Assembly (NCBI GenBank): GCA_030704615.1
Contig: CM060733.1
Coordinates: forward strand, 35,836,001 to 35,900,000
DNA: 64,000 bases
Direction: 5' to 3'
Origin: Takakia lepidozioides
Lineage: Eukaryota; Plantae; Bryophyta
The notes beneath the pieces are model-generated. The model ran no database searches, was not told the DNA's origin, and saw only the letters and a list, made by a program, of their open reading frames with translations. Positions 49,425-62,126 of this stretch are shown here, piece after piece. The translations under genes and the position numbers were made by a program. The first letter of the stretch is position 1. Each line of letters starts with the position of its first letter.

Positions 49425-50833
49425 CAGTCAAACCTGGATAAATGTTATGCTCCAAGAGTAGGAACTCTATAACAATTAGGCAGTTATATCAAATAACAGT
49501 AAAACAGGTCGAAATTTCATAACGTAACAATTAGAAATTTTAACATTAAAACAGGTCCTTCAGATGTAAGATAACATTTAGAGAGAGGGTAGAAGGGCTG
49601 AAGGTGTCATCACATAATGGTTAACCTCCTATTCTCTGTTCCCATAAACATTCGCAGTACCCTACCAGGAGGAGGGGGGCCCCCAAACCCTAACATGTGG
49701 CTGTTAGGGTTCTCCTGGCCATTTCAATATTGAAATGGCCATCTCAATAGTTCAAATGCCCATCTCAAATTTGAAATGGCCATTTCAATATTTGAATAAT
49801 ATTTGAATACTAGTACCATTTTTATTTTATTATTTTATTTTATTAAATGTAACAATTACAGAGGTGTCTTAACCCTTCAAGGACGAGGCGACCCGTATCG
49901 GGTCGGGTCGAAATTTCGATTGGATGATAAATGCGCAGATCATGTCGGATGAAAACGATTCCTGAACGAAAAGGTGGCCCAATCAGGTGGCCGTTGGCAG
50001 GTCGTGGAGGGAGAGCGCTGAAACGCAGGGTGGAGGGCCCCGTGACTTCCTTGGTTTGTCATGACGTGGCCGGATTTTTTGGTCGGGAATGTCTACCGGC
50101 TCCGGCAATTCTTGGCCGGAGCTGGGAATCAAGTAGGGATTCGGTTTTTTGGCAATCTTTGCCTACAAACAGCTTAGAATGTGGAATTTTTTTTCCAGGG
50201 TACTCGGTAGGTAGGCAAACGACAACATGACCAGAGGAATTTGGATTCCCTCACAAATTGCCCCACATTTGGGGGGATGTGTTTTTCCCATGAGAGAAAT
50301 TGGCATTTTGACCCCCCTGTTTTCCCATACAAAGCAACCATTATGCATTTTTGGAATTTGGCTCTGGAATTTTGGGAGGCTTTGCTGTGGGTGCCATATA
50401 ACCTGAATCTGGGTAGGCTGTATCAATGAAAAATCAAAAAGGTTGGCAATCTGCTTGGTCAAACCAAATTTTCATGTTGAAAATATATCCAACAAAAACA
50501 AAAAGCCTAGAATTTCTGTTATAATCTTCCACTTTAGACGGTCAAATCTCTTGAAATTCTTACTTCAGGTGCATGAAGTAGGTAGGATGACTTTGGAACG
50601 GTTCATCCCCTCGGATGTTTGTCCAATGGGAGATACACCCTCATCCGTGAGGGTATGTCTGGTTTTAGACGGGCCCTGAAGGGTTAACAAAGAGGAGAGT
50701 AGGTATTCAATAACAAATAACAAATAACACTCTTTTTGTCATTCTTAGTGTATATTTTTACAGAGTAAGAAAACCATAACATTTAGGATGTTATAACAAA
50801 AAAAAAGACGTAACATTTATCCAGGTTTGACTG
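49425..50833. mobile_element. Tc1/mariner (pogo/Tigger-like) non-autonomous element
   Basis: Perfect 23-bp TIRs CAGTCAAACCTGGATAAATGTTA / TAACATTTATCCAGGTTTGACTG, flanked by TA on both sides. Confidence 0.9.
49873..50683. mobile_element. piggyBac-like non-autonomous element nested in the pogo-like element
   Basis: TTAA|CCCTTCAAGGAC ... GGCCCTGAAGGG|TTAA: TTAA on both sides, CCC/GGG termini, short imperfect TIR. The interior is GC-richer than the AT-rich host element. Confidence 0.65.
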
Positions 50834-50851
50834 TAGTTCAAGGAAGATTAG

Positions 50852-50884
50852 AGAAATGAAATGAAATGAAATGGTACTTTATAA
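50852..50884 (-). mobile_element. LINE family B tail remnant
   Basis: GAAATGAAATGAAATGAAATGGTACTTTATAA. Confidence 0.7.
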
Positions 50885-51327
50885 GAGAAAGATTATTAGA
50901 GAAAGAAAGAAGCAATCAATGAGCAGAAGGTGCTCACTATAATAGTATATGTCACCCTCAGAGAATGGCCAGCAGGATGATGTGCAGATGGATGTCTAAA
51001 AGCTCGTATATAAACAATGCGTGCGTGGTGCAAAGTCACCCATTCCATAGCCGACATGTAAATGAATGATCCAGATGTCTTCTTACATAGAAGATTAAGT
51101 ACTTAAGAAGTAGGTACATCACTATACAAACTTGTTGCTTTGAACTTTGATCATGCACGTACCCATGTACACTTGTGGGCATGATGAAGCAGATATGCTG
51201 AGCTGATCACTGTTTTGAGCTGCAAGTTGAAAAGTCTCATTTCCTAGCTCATCTCTAGGAGTCACTTCAATGAAATCAGCTCATGTTTATTAATACATTC
51301 CAAGGCCGGGTAGATAGCTGCACGACT

Positions 51328-52022
51328 CTACCCTTTGAAGCTGGATTGCCAGGCGGAAAATTCTTTCCTAGCTTTTTTCATCAACCTACACTTAGGCTTT
51401 GCTTTGCTTAGTGCTGCTCTTCTCTCAATAGCCTTCTTCATCAAACTATCATCAGGATTGGCTATGCTTGATACAGGGGTACATGCTGCTGTTGGCCTCT
51501 TGTTTGCACGTTTCGGCTGGAATAAAAGAGCATTCCCTCTTTTTCATTTGGCCACTATGCTTCATACTCTCTGATTTCCTGTACAACTCATTCAGCGCGC
51601 CAAAACCTTTTTCAGCCAGTTTCTCCTGCAAGGATGTCATAGTTGATTGGTACATCACGCGCCATACCACTTGATCAAGTGACCCACGCTTCCTTGTAAG
51701 TTCTTTTTGCTCTTCCACAGCTTGGGCTCCAAACTGGCGTTCGTACCACTTGCACCATAGATAGTCGGTGACCCAACTCAGATCTCTTCCCTTTGAAGAC
51801 AGTTCGATGTGCAAGAGCTGTTTTGGGTTGCCGTGTGGCAGAATTCTAGCTAGAATGTCGATATCAAGGTCTCCCACGTCTCCCAGCTCCCCAGCCAGAC
51901 TCTTAACATCCATCTTTCCGATATCAAGGTCTCCCACGTAGCCAAGCTCCCCAGCCAGACTTTTAGCCTCTATCTTTCCTAAGTGTCAATCCACCTACGA
52001 ACGTGACAAGGGCGCCGTCATG
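51328..52022 (-). pseudogene. Elongin A (RNA polymerase II elongation factor SIII subunit A)-like, intronless, disrupted
   Basis: LGDVGDLDIDILARILPH..PKQLLHIELSSKGRDLSWVTDYLWCKWYERQFG matches plant Elongin A. There are two in-frame stops in the N-terminal BC-box region (RS*VD*H), a 60-bp internal tandem duplication, and a frameshift before the C-terminal LMKKARKEF motif. Confidence 0.8.
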
Positions 52023-52030
52023 TTGCTCAC

Positions 52031-52317
52031 CAATGAAAAAATTATGTCTTCATGCAGATTACTCAGAAGCTTCATACATATAAAAGTAGCTGTTAGAGAT
52101 AGATCAGAAAGAAGCAATGATGCAGGACAGAACTTGAATTCAAGATGAACCCCAAGTGAGATATAAGAAATGAAGGCAGCTCAATGAAAAATTTATGTCT
52201 TCACGCCGATTGCTCAGAAGCTTACAAGTACATATATATATAAAAGTCGTCGCTAGAGATAGATCAGAAAGAACTTGAATTCAAGAACCCAAGTGAGATG
52301 TAAGAATGAAGGCAGCT
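52031..52317. repeat. Two-copy tandem duplication (~140-150 bp) upstream of the Elongin A-like ORF
   Basis: CAATGAAAAA.TTATGTCTTCA...AGAGATAGATCAGAAAGAA...CCCAAGTGAGAT...ATGAAGGCAGCT occurs twice. Confidence 0.85.
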
Positions 52318-55046
52318 CCCCGGCAGCTACTATGTACAGGCTCGCCTGTTTAGCCCATACACTAGTGAAGCTTCTTAAGCGAGACGAACATATGAGCAAA
52401 GTTGCAAGTCCCGACTCGACTCCCGAGGAAGGCTGGACTGGACGGACTAGGTGACCGGCTCGAGGGCACCGGATTATTTCCGTAACCGATGGTGCCTGAG
52501 TGGTGCCCTCGAGGACATAGTAGTTCTGGAGTCATCGAGCTGACCTAGAGAAGCAGGTCACTTTCGGATGTCCCAGTTATATGCGTATATAGTTGCCTTC
52601 ACTAATTTCCTATCTGGATAGCTTCTCTCAGATGCCAATTTCATTCATGCAACGTTCATACGGGTCCAAATCGACAACATACACGAGAGACACAGATTGA
52701 CTCACATTGATACATAGATTGAAAGCATAAAATTTGATATGTAAAGAAAGATAAACAAAAAATGTTGTTTTTTCTGGTAGAAATCGCAGTGTGACCATGT
52801 TACTGCAAGTCATCAAGAGTTACGAGTTACACTGATTTATTCCATGATGGAATATTTAAGTCAGAGGCCAACTAGGTTACACTAGGATTTGACATAGACA
52901 TGCCGTTGGCCAAGGTGTTGCTACTGCTTATTATTTAGGGATGGATAGTGACAGCATCATTTTGAATTACCAGACTCCCGCCAGCGCCGAGGCAATCGTT
53001 TAAGACGAACAGTATTTAAGCTTACTACAGAGTCTTTTAGTGCTGAAACTTCTTTGTATGTTGATGCCTTATGGTGGAATTGCAGTAGTGAAAGTGAACT
53101 CATAGTATCGTGTGTTTTGTTTTCCTGAATCTTGAATTGCTATTCTAGATCGTATTTTCTACAAGAAACTCGTACACCACATTCATAAGTTCATAACACC
53201 ACAAAGCATATATACTAAGATTAAATCAGATTCATAGTACAACAAGTTTAGCAACACTAGATGCACCACAATACACAAACTCCAGAACACCAGTGAATTC
53301 TACACCATGTATCGAAAATTGCCAAAGTGGCAGACATTTGTCCGATCATGAATTGGTATACAGTGGCATCACTATGTAGCCTTAATTCAATCCTGCCCTA
53401 TGAATCAATAAAATCTAGACCATCATAGAGCCGGTAATGCCAGCATCCACTCAATTGAATAGCATGCATGCGCAACAACTGAGCATTAATATGGATTTAT
53501 TGAGATACCAGAAGTGCTCCTCTTCACATGCGCAGGAACATTAACTATAGAAGTAGATACCCAGGAACCTAGACCCATTCTTACACAGGAAATTTCTCGA
53601 ATTCTCCATAGCAAACAAGAGATCTACAATGCCCAGCAAAACTAGTCCCAAGAAATGCTGAATTGTTAATTTAATTTCTCCTGTACGCGGCAAGTGGACA
53701 TACGACAAAAATATATTTCACAAAACAACACTGGCGCTAGAGATGGCATAGCAGCCAAGGGGGAGACTGGTTGGTAGGTAGGTCAGCCAGTAGCAGGGCG
53801 GCAGGAAAATGGACGGCCAGGATTAATTCATTCAAAATTCAACGGCTCATGGACCCTCCCTGAGAGCCTGCCTCCTAATCCGTATTTCTTATGGTGTAAG
53901 CAATCGAAACAGTCTCCTTCTCCACACAGTACTGAGCTACTATCTCTTTTGCTGTGCTTGTGGAGGAGTACACAGAATTGACTCACAGAATTATATATTG
54001 TCCGTTACAGCGATCCATGTGTTTCTGCTGCTATAGGGTCGATGGGGTCGACTGCCGCTCCTTTGCATCGCAAGTGAGATTCCAGTGGACGTGTTGTATT
54101 ATCGGCTGCTCAAGACATTGCATATACATTAATGATCAGTTTACTTGGCCTGAGTTTCTTGCGAGCTGCATATGGTTGATGTTGGTGAGCAGCCATATGT
54201 GTAAATTGCATGGTTGAGATTTTTATGAGAGGGACAGAAGATGCGCCTATGTGAGTGTGGAATGGTTGGTTCCTGGGATTCTTGCTGTTATGGTCTACAA
54301 TGTACCTTTCGCCTTCTTTACTTCAATGACTGCCAATGAGAGCAAGCTTCTAGATACCAGGGTTACAGGGAAGGTAATTGATGAATCCAATATGCAGTTA
54401 ACAGGTCTGCATAATTTTACACAATCTCTCTTCAAGGGTCCCCGTCCTACCTTAGAAGACAGATCCACTCCCTCGGTTGTAAATCACAGACATGAGATTG
54501 GAATAATAAGGAAATGCCACTGTATACTAATCCTACAATTTAGAAATGTAGAGCTCACCCGGACCTGCTTCCTGTCAATTAGGAAAAGTGGCTCTTATGA
54601 CACTGGCTCCAGACAAAGTCTCTCTCTCTCTCAACTGGATCCTTGTCTTCTCCAAATCAGATGTACAGATGATGCTACAATCAATTTTCTTACTTGTGAA
54701 ATGAGATACTTTGGAACCTTGTTGGCATTTGGCTCGAGTAGTAAGGTTGGACTGGTTTTGTGTATTCCTGAGACTTCTTCTCTGCTTGTCCCCAGCAACT
54801 GACAATACAACTGTGTATGTATGTTGTCTTCCCATTGCAAGACACAAAATAAGTTGGCAAAGAAGAAACTCTGATAACTAGACAACCCTCACACCTCTAT
54901 TACAACCCTTACCATAATCAGCAAGCAAGCATTCTCCACCCCACTCCAAATCCATTGGTAGCTGAAAAAATAAAAGGTTTTGAGCTCATCATGATCTCAT
55001 GACCCGTGCATTGACAATGGAATCAAAAAGTTGTTAGTCGAGTGCT

Positions 55047-58000
55047 CTACACGTTTGGCAAGTATTCCCGAAGTAAATTATTGCGGCTCGGCTGTCGCAG
55101 CTTTCGGAAAGCTTTTGACTCGATCTGCCGTATGCGTTCTCGACTCACCCCAAAAACAATACCAATTTCTTCTAGTGTTTTCATGCGCCCATCGTGCATC
55201 CCATAGCGCAATCTCAATACGTCTCTCTCTCGCGGGTTCAAGGTGTGCAACACCTGCTCAAGGTCTTGCTTTAGTAGCCGCTTGGTTATTGTATCCTCCG
55301 GCGACTCCACGTCCTTGTCCGGAACCAATTCCTGGAAAAATATTTCCCATAGATAACTTGTTACTGTGGTAAGGGAAACAAGCAATTGAACTCTGAACAT
55401 CATATTCGGTCAAGCAAACACCGTTCTTCCCGAGGTACAATAAGGAGGGTTGGTATTCATGATTCACAATTCACATCTTATTTTCTCACCCCAATAGTTA
55501 CATCATTCTCTTTGCCAGCTGGACGCTCCATTGATGTTGGGGCCCTTGCTGACTTCACTATCATTTTCAACTTCTCAACGGTCATGCCTATGAGTTCTGC
55601 AACTTCTTCGTCCCGTGGTGAGCAACCATGCTCCTGAATGAACATCTTCTTGGCTTTGTTAACCCGTGTTATGACCTCATACATATGAATCTGCAAGGGG
55701 AAACCAACAATCAAAGTGAATGAAAGCCATGGTCCAATGCCACTTTTACAGAACGGAAAACTTCAACTGCATTCACTTCCTGCACAGATACTTCAGTTGT
55801 ACGTTCGTTTGGTCTAAGAGCCAAGACGCACATACAGGCAAGCGAATGATTCTTGACTGATCGGCTATGGAACGTGTGACAGCCTGCCGAATCCACCAGA
55901 ATGCGAAAGTGGAGAACTTGAAGCCCTTGTTGTGGTCAAACTTCTCAGCTCCACGAATTAACCCCATGCTCCCTACCTGCCAAAGAATAAAATATGTATA
56001 GCTTTGAATCAAATGGGATGGAGAGGCACAAAAAGTAAATGAACCCACACTCCAAAGTAATTCTTTAAGAGATTCGATCTTGCAACAGCACAGCAATAGA
56101 TCACCGAACCATTCAAGATAGTCAAGACTGCAAGGTGTGCATGTTTGTAGTAGCAATCAACTGTCTCATCAAAGTAAGCACTGTCTAATGTAAATATACT
56201 ATTACTTCAATAAAATATACTGAGGTTAATCTTTTTAAAATATGGGTTACTATTGCTAACCATACCAGAAGGCTAGATTTAGTGTAAATTGGCATGCCAT
56301 TCCTCCCTCCCTTTCTGATGGCACACAATATAAATCAATTGTCATGGCATTACATTTGACATAACCCAACCTGCCAAATGTGTACATGAATGTCCGAGAA
56401 AATGACAAGGGGCAATGGGAAAAATCGAGGAATGGAGACGGGCCAATGCATTACAGACAGGGAGACAATTTAATTTGTCAAGGAAGAGGTGCCCACAATC
56501 TGACCTGAATGAGATCTTGGAAAGTCATGCCACGCCCTTGGTAGTTTTTAGCTATTGAGACAACCAAACGCAAATTGGAGTTGACCATTTTGTCTTTGCA
56601 AAACTGGCCTTCCCTGAGCCGTGCTTCAAAGGCATGTTGCTCCATGCTTGCTGCCCGAGCCCATTCAGCTAAGGTTGGCTTCTGCCCAATCTGTTCCATC
56701 AGGCTGTCCCTCACTTTTTCCATTTTTAAAAGATCCTGGTCAAACCACGCACATCATTGACACCAAAGTTTGTTACTTTAAGAACAGTATTTGAGAGCAG
56801 GAGATTGTATCTCTCCTCTTCTGCCTTTTCAAAAGAATGTCTCTCAAGCAAAGTCCACAAATCTGTCTCTCACTCCCTGCTCAGAGTTCTGGTTTGGTAA
56901 GAAACCAATACCAAAACACTCAAAAGATCAACCAAAACAAACAGACAGAAGCCTTGAACCTGATTGAATTCTTCAACAACAATGGAGAGGCTGAATTCAC
57001 CTGAATCCCTGTTGAGAGCTCTATCTCCTCAGCAGCCGTCAGCAATTTGGTCTTGCCAATATCTCGCAAGTATGAGCGAACTGGATCAGAATCATAAGCT
57101 GGCTGAGCTCTTTTGGTCCTAGGAGGGACTGGTGCAGATGCTATTGCAGCTGCAGCCCTCTCTGCCTTTTCCAGTGCCCTCTCTCTCTTTAGCAATCTCT
57201 GCTCCCGGCGATTTGATCTGACCACAACATTCTCTCTCCTCCTTTCAGTCCCTGCTTGTTGTGTCTTCAGCTCATGGAGATTTCTACTTGGAGGATCTGG
57301 AGAGACAAAACAACCTTCACTCCTCAATATTTGTCTCACAGTGGAGTCCCAGCTCATCTAAGCCGATTGGTAGTAGAAGCTAATGGATGCATCCACTAAC
57401 ACTGGTGGATATTATCCAAAAAACACATCATCTATCTCTCCCACCAGATTTAAGGACTTTTTACGGCATATTGGAAACAGCAGAAGCAATCTATGAGGGT
57501 TAATCATGATCACACAACCTCTCATTGCAACACTTACAAATAAGCTGAACATCATCCTACATTCCATATGTAGCCTGGTCTCAAACCTGAATCTTTCAAG
57601 TAAATACTTCAACGGATTTGGGAGGGCTTGTTGACTTCAAACTATTCCCGTACTGTTAAAACAGTTGTGATGCAAGATTCAACCATGTCTATAGAATCTT
57701 CAAGAAAACAATTAGCCAGTAACACATTCGGTGATGCCAGGAGACACCAAACAAACTACCTCATCTCAACTTACCCACTTCCAGACCTCTCAAAGCTACG
57801 GCGTTGTCCACATTCCTTGCACTAGATGTCCAATCTTCCACTCTGATTTTGTCCTTTTGGCTCCATTCGCTGGGTGTGGCACACTCTTCCTCTGAGTCAT
57901 ACTGAATCCTCTGTGCAGCAGCAACACGTTCCATCTCACTGAGGCGTGCCCTCTCCAGTCTCAGTAAGTCCATCTCTGACGGGAAGTTATAGTAGGGGTC

Positions 58001-60237
58001 CATACATTGAGCTTCAGCCTCAGCATACATAGCCGCATCTTTTGCAGCGTTTGCTGCTGCTCTTGCAAGGGTCATAGCTTCCTCAGCAGCTGCCGAAGCA
58101 ATGGCCTTCTCACTTGCTAACCAATTCTCTGTAACAACCATCAACTCAACCTGAACAGCCTGTCGTAGCATTTTCTGTTTCACCATAGGTGCCAATGGGA
58201 TGATGATTGGTGGCCTTTGCAGGCGAGCAGCATCTGAGAGCCTAACACTGCAGCACAAAAACAAATTGATGTCGAGATAAGTGAGAATCTACTGCCATCA
58301 GGTAGATTGGCTGCCTGGTACTTTCCACACAAGTCAGGCAAAATACAGTAGGCCTTAAGCCCCCAAGGGGACTCTCCCTTATCTCTCTTCTCCCCTTTCT
58401 AGACAGTTCCAGGTAGTGTCCCATCTCTAGCCAGTTTAGCCTCTACAGCAGCAGTGATGGAGCAGACATTGCATTTGGCGTCCACACCACCTCGTACATC
58501 AAGCACTCCAAGTCCTGTAACCCATATGTTGCCCATGGTGAATCTGAGCTGAATTTCCATGCCCAGATGAGTAGACCTAAAAACAACCGGATCCAGGAGG
58601 GTTCACAGTCTGTGGAGATTTGTCCCTTCAGGGTACACACTTGGAGGAAATGGTCCATGAATACTACCTCTCTCTCTCATCAGCACTGTGACAGGTGGGC
58701 AACATTATTTGTACCTCTGTTAAGCTAGAGGGCTAGAGCTGCAGTGTTGGAGCAATGTTGGTGTCAATGCAAGCACATGCATAGGAACTGGTAATTACTG
58801 ACAACCACATGTTGTAGCCGGCAATTCCAGGTTAAACTCTAAGGGCTGAAACACAGAAGTAGGTGCACAGCTTGTGCCCATGAGGGTACATCAGATGGAC
58901 ATCCCAGGGAGCAGTAAATAAGTAGGCGCTCTCACTCTTTACCTCTCCTAATCATCTTCCTGGATGTGGCAGAATCCTGCTGCAAAATAGGGGTGACGAT
59001 CAATAGTTACTGCTTGCCGTATTGAACTGCAGATTTCCCAGCAAATGACGCAGAGTTGGATAGGTAGCATTTAATATTGCGACATGGAACATCCAGAGAC
59101 ACACACACACAAACAGGCACACACAGACAGACAGACTTAGTCGGCCAAGGCTGACATTTTGATATTTTACACAAATAAGCCAAAGAGAAGTTCACAGTAG
59201 CAAGGATCTTACAATGAAAGCCTAAACTTTGTGCGGGGATTGAAAGTGCAGCCAGCTTCCAAGCCTCTTGATGCTGTACTGCCATGGCCATGAACTCCAC
59301 TGTGGAGAAGAATGTGTCTCTGCTCCTTCTTTACTTTAGCACCTACAAAAGCCATTGTCAATCGCATCTCTAAACCTTATCCATTTTGAGAGGACTGCCA
59401 GCCACATGCAAGCAAATTCATCGAATCTGACCTCACTTCTACCCCACCATCATTTCTATGTATCAAGACGCTCAGCAACAAAGCTTATTCCATGATGGAG
59501 TTGCAACCTACCAAGTGAACCATGGAAAGTGATGCAACTACGCAACGGGGTTCATTGAGAGCTTCCATTAGGATTAGCAATTTGACACAAACACGTAATA
59601 AGTGCAAACACGTAATATGTGCTTACTCACTGTCCATTGAAAAAGAGATATGGGAAATTAAGGTTTGGAGAGTATGTTCTTTAATGCAAGAGACAGTTGA
59701 ACTGATCCCCAATTTAGAAACTCCGAGGGGAGATAGACAGGGATAGACTTTGAAGCAGAAGAGACAACCGGGAGGAAGATATAGATAGGAAGTACGACAC
59801 GCTAAATGTTTACTCCAAACCAAACACTGGAAACAACATCAAAGGCAGGTCAGTCACACAAAACATATCATGGAATAGAGTGACCACTTACCATGAGGCG
59901 TAGGCACTTCAACTTGAATTGTTGAGCAACTGGCGGTGATCGAATGTTGATCTCTCTGGAGGTGTGTAGAGCTTCCACATGCAGAAGAACTTATGAATTT
60001 TCCACTGGGTAATGCACCCTTCCGACGGAAATGACATGAACCTAACTGTGAGTATTTGCTTCTACGACCTGCACTGAGGTCTTGCGAGCAAGCTTGAGAA
60101 TTGCAGGATGGACTCCTTTGTCTGTCATGAAAGGACTGAAATTGAGAGGAGGATAAGGGCTCAGAGTGGGAGGACGCAGCAAAGGAAGGGACTAAAATGC
60201 GGTTAACACATGGCATGTGTGACTGCAAAACTGCCAT
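55047..60237 (-). CDS. SIG2: Nuclear-encoded plastid RNA polymerase sigma factor (sigma70 family, SIG2-like group)
   Basis: Ser-rich transit-peptide-like exon (60237-59892) and the [21 protein letters not shown] motif. Region 1.2 [16 protein letters not shown], 2.1 [13 protein letters not shown], 2.3/2.4 [16 protein letters not shown] and 4.2 [21 protein letters not shown] lie over exons 57357-57001, 56735-56505, 55976-55836, 55690-55490 and 55331-55047. Family is certain; subtype and 5' exons are tentative. Confidence 0.9.
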
Positions 60238-60861
60238 AGCCACTAGATCGATCCCCCACCCTTATTCTCCCACTACCACCGACATAAGCATGCGATGACT
60301 TGAATGGAACAGGTCCCAAAACCACAACTACGTCCCTGATTCTCTGTCCCTCACTTTATTACTGGTGTCTACAAAACTACCAATGTGTGTGAAAGCCAAC
60401 CCGGCGAGTCATTGACACAGCTCCAAGCTACTCCTTCAAATCTCTGAAAAGAAAGAAGACAATGTAGTTCTTACTCTACGGAAAAACTTGAATCCAACAA
60501 CAAAAAGCCGGCGGAACGCTCCAGCCAGTGAGGAAGATAGTGAAGTTCACTGTCTGGCTGCATATTGGTGATCCCAGTAGCACCATATCTGTTTCTCTTC
60601 GGATCCCACGAGACAATTTCCTCGACGGTGGTGGACATCCAGAGCAGACACAAGAATTCTCGACGAAGCTGCTCTGCCCTCGCGCAGATTCCCTTCCATG
60701 AATTTGAAGCTCTCGCGATCTTCCTCTTCCCGAGACTATGTATTCTCGCACAGCCAAGCACCGGTCGCGAGGCCGGATCTCCACCGGCTATGGTCGGACC
60801 ACCGCCACAAGGAACCCTTCTCGACCGGTCTGTCCGGTCGCGGCCAGGATTCAGCGCTAAG

Positions 60862-60874
60862 CCCTAAACCCTAA
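60862..60874 (+). promoter_or_regulatory. Telo-box-like motif upstream of the sigma factor gene
   Basis: CCCTAAACCCTAA at the edge of the GC-rich putative 5' leader. Confidence 0.4.
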
Positions 60875-60940
60875 CTAAGGAAACGTGTATGTGCGAATTT
60901 GAACACACGATCATCTACTTCTGATTCCATCCAGGTAATC

Positions 60941-62126
60941 TGGGGTCGTGCGGGTAGGTCGTTAACCCGAGCATAACTCAACCGGGTATATATCCACATA
61001 TATAACTCTTTCTTTTATTGTTTTATTTTGTATTTTTGGGGGGAAATGCAGGAAATAAATAAATAAATGCAGGAGGAAAATATGTAGGCCATGTTTCATT
61101 TCAAAACATTTCAGGCAGTAAGAAGATGGCATGACCAAGTGGAGGGGCACGTGGAAATGGAGGGGAAGGACACGTAGATGAGAGGGAAAAGGGAGGCTTG
61201 ACGAGTGGACAGGTGGGCCCACCTAGAGGTGACACCTGACACGGGAGACCATGTTTAATTTATGGAAGGAAGAAAATAGGCGCACCATTGGAACAGCCAC
61301 ACACAATAGTGGGGTGGGTTTATGTAGGGACACGTGGGGCTCTTTTGGAAGGCTCCGCCTCCCAAGGCTATATAAGGAGGTGCTCACCTTACTACTCATC
61401 CCCTTCCACAAAAAAAAAAAAAAAAAAAAAAAAACAAGACTTTAAATTCTAGTAATTGATAATATACTTAATTCAGTTAAACTATAATTTGATTTTGTCT
61501 GAGTGGTAATGGCCACATACCACCTCCGAAGTGGTGTCACAAAGGTGTCCACCTTCCTACTAGCCGGAAGGCACTAACCATTCGGCATGAAGGGAGACCA
61601 TATTTTAGGCCTCCTTCCGGAGGCGTAAAATATTATAGCTGCTATAATCAGCCTTACCAACTACATCCAAAATGACCAGCTTTAAAAATTCAAAGGAAAA
61701 AAAGATTTGAGCATAACAAGCACAAACTTATATCTATATGTCCTTCATTATATCATTGATTCATCCCTTGGTTATATATAGAATAACCATTTATTTATAT
61801 ACATATTAGTTTGAGGAAATGGGGTGGAAGTTTCGTACTAATCTATTGTGAGAAGAAAAAAATTATTTACCCTAACCCTTACCCTCATTTACCCTTTATT
61901 GCCTATGTCCTTTACCGAAGATAAATCAAATCCTCGTTTATCCTTACCTGTAGAATAAACAAGTCCACTGTCCCCTGTTCTGTAAATGTTTTTTAAGAAC
62001 CACAAAAAAAAAAAAAAAAAAGTGGACCTATTAGAATTTACACTTATCCAGAGGTAGATAATCTTTGAAATTTTAATTTACCCTACCAGGAGGGTAAGCA
62101 AAAATCTATTTACCCGCACAACACTG
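60941..62126. mobile_element. Probable degenerate hAT-type non-autonomous element related to elements 1/2
   Basis: The right end TTTACCCGCACAACACTG is the same CAGTGTTG TIR type, with subterminal TTACCC/TTATCC repeats. The left end TGGGGTCGTGCGGGTA matches only 12/16 and no TSD was found. Confidence 0.45.

Noticed and set aside
54251-54802. 183-aa plus-strand ORF
   Set aside because: Non-ATG start and no recognisable domain.
55047-57357. Bacterial rpoD/sigA, suggesting contamination or horizontal transfer
   Set aside because: Spliceosomal GT-AG introns and a transit-peptide-like N-terminus show a normal nuclear-encoded plastid sigma factor.
61409-61434. Poly(A) tract as a retrocopy tail
   Set aside because: No identifiable upstream gene or TSD; it lies within a probable DNA-transposon remnant.
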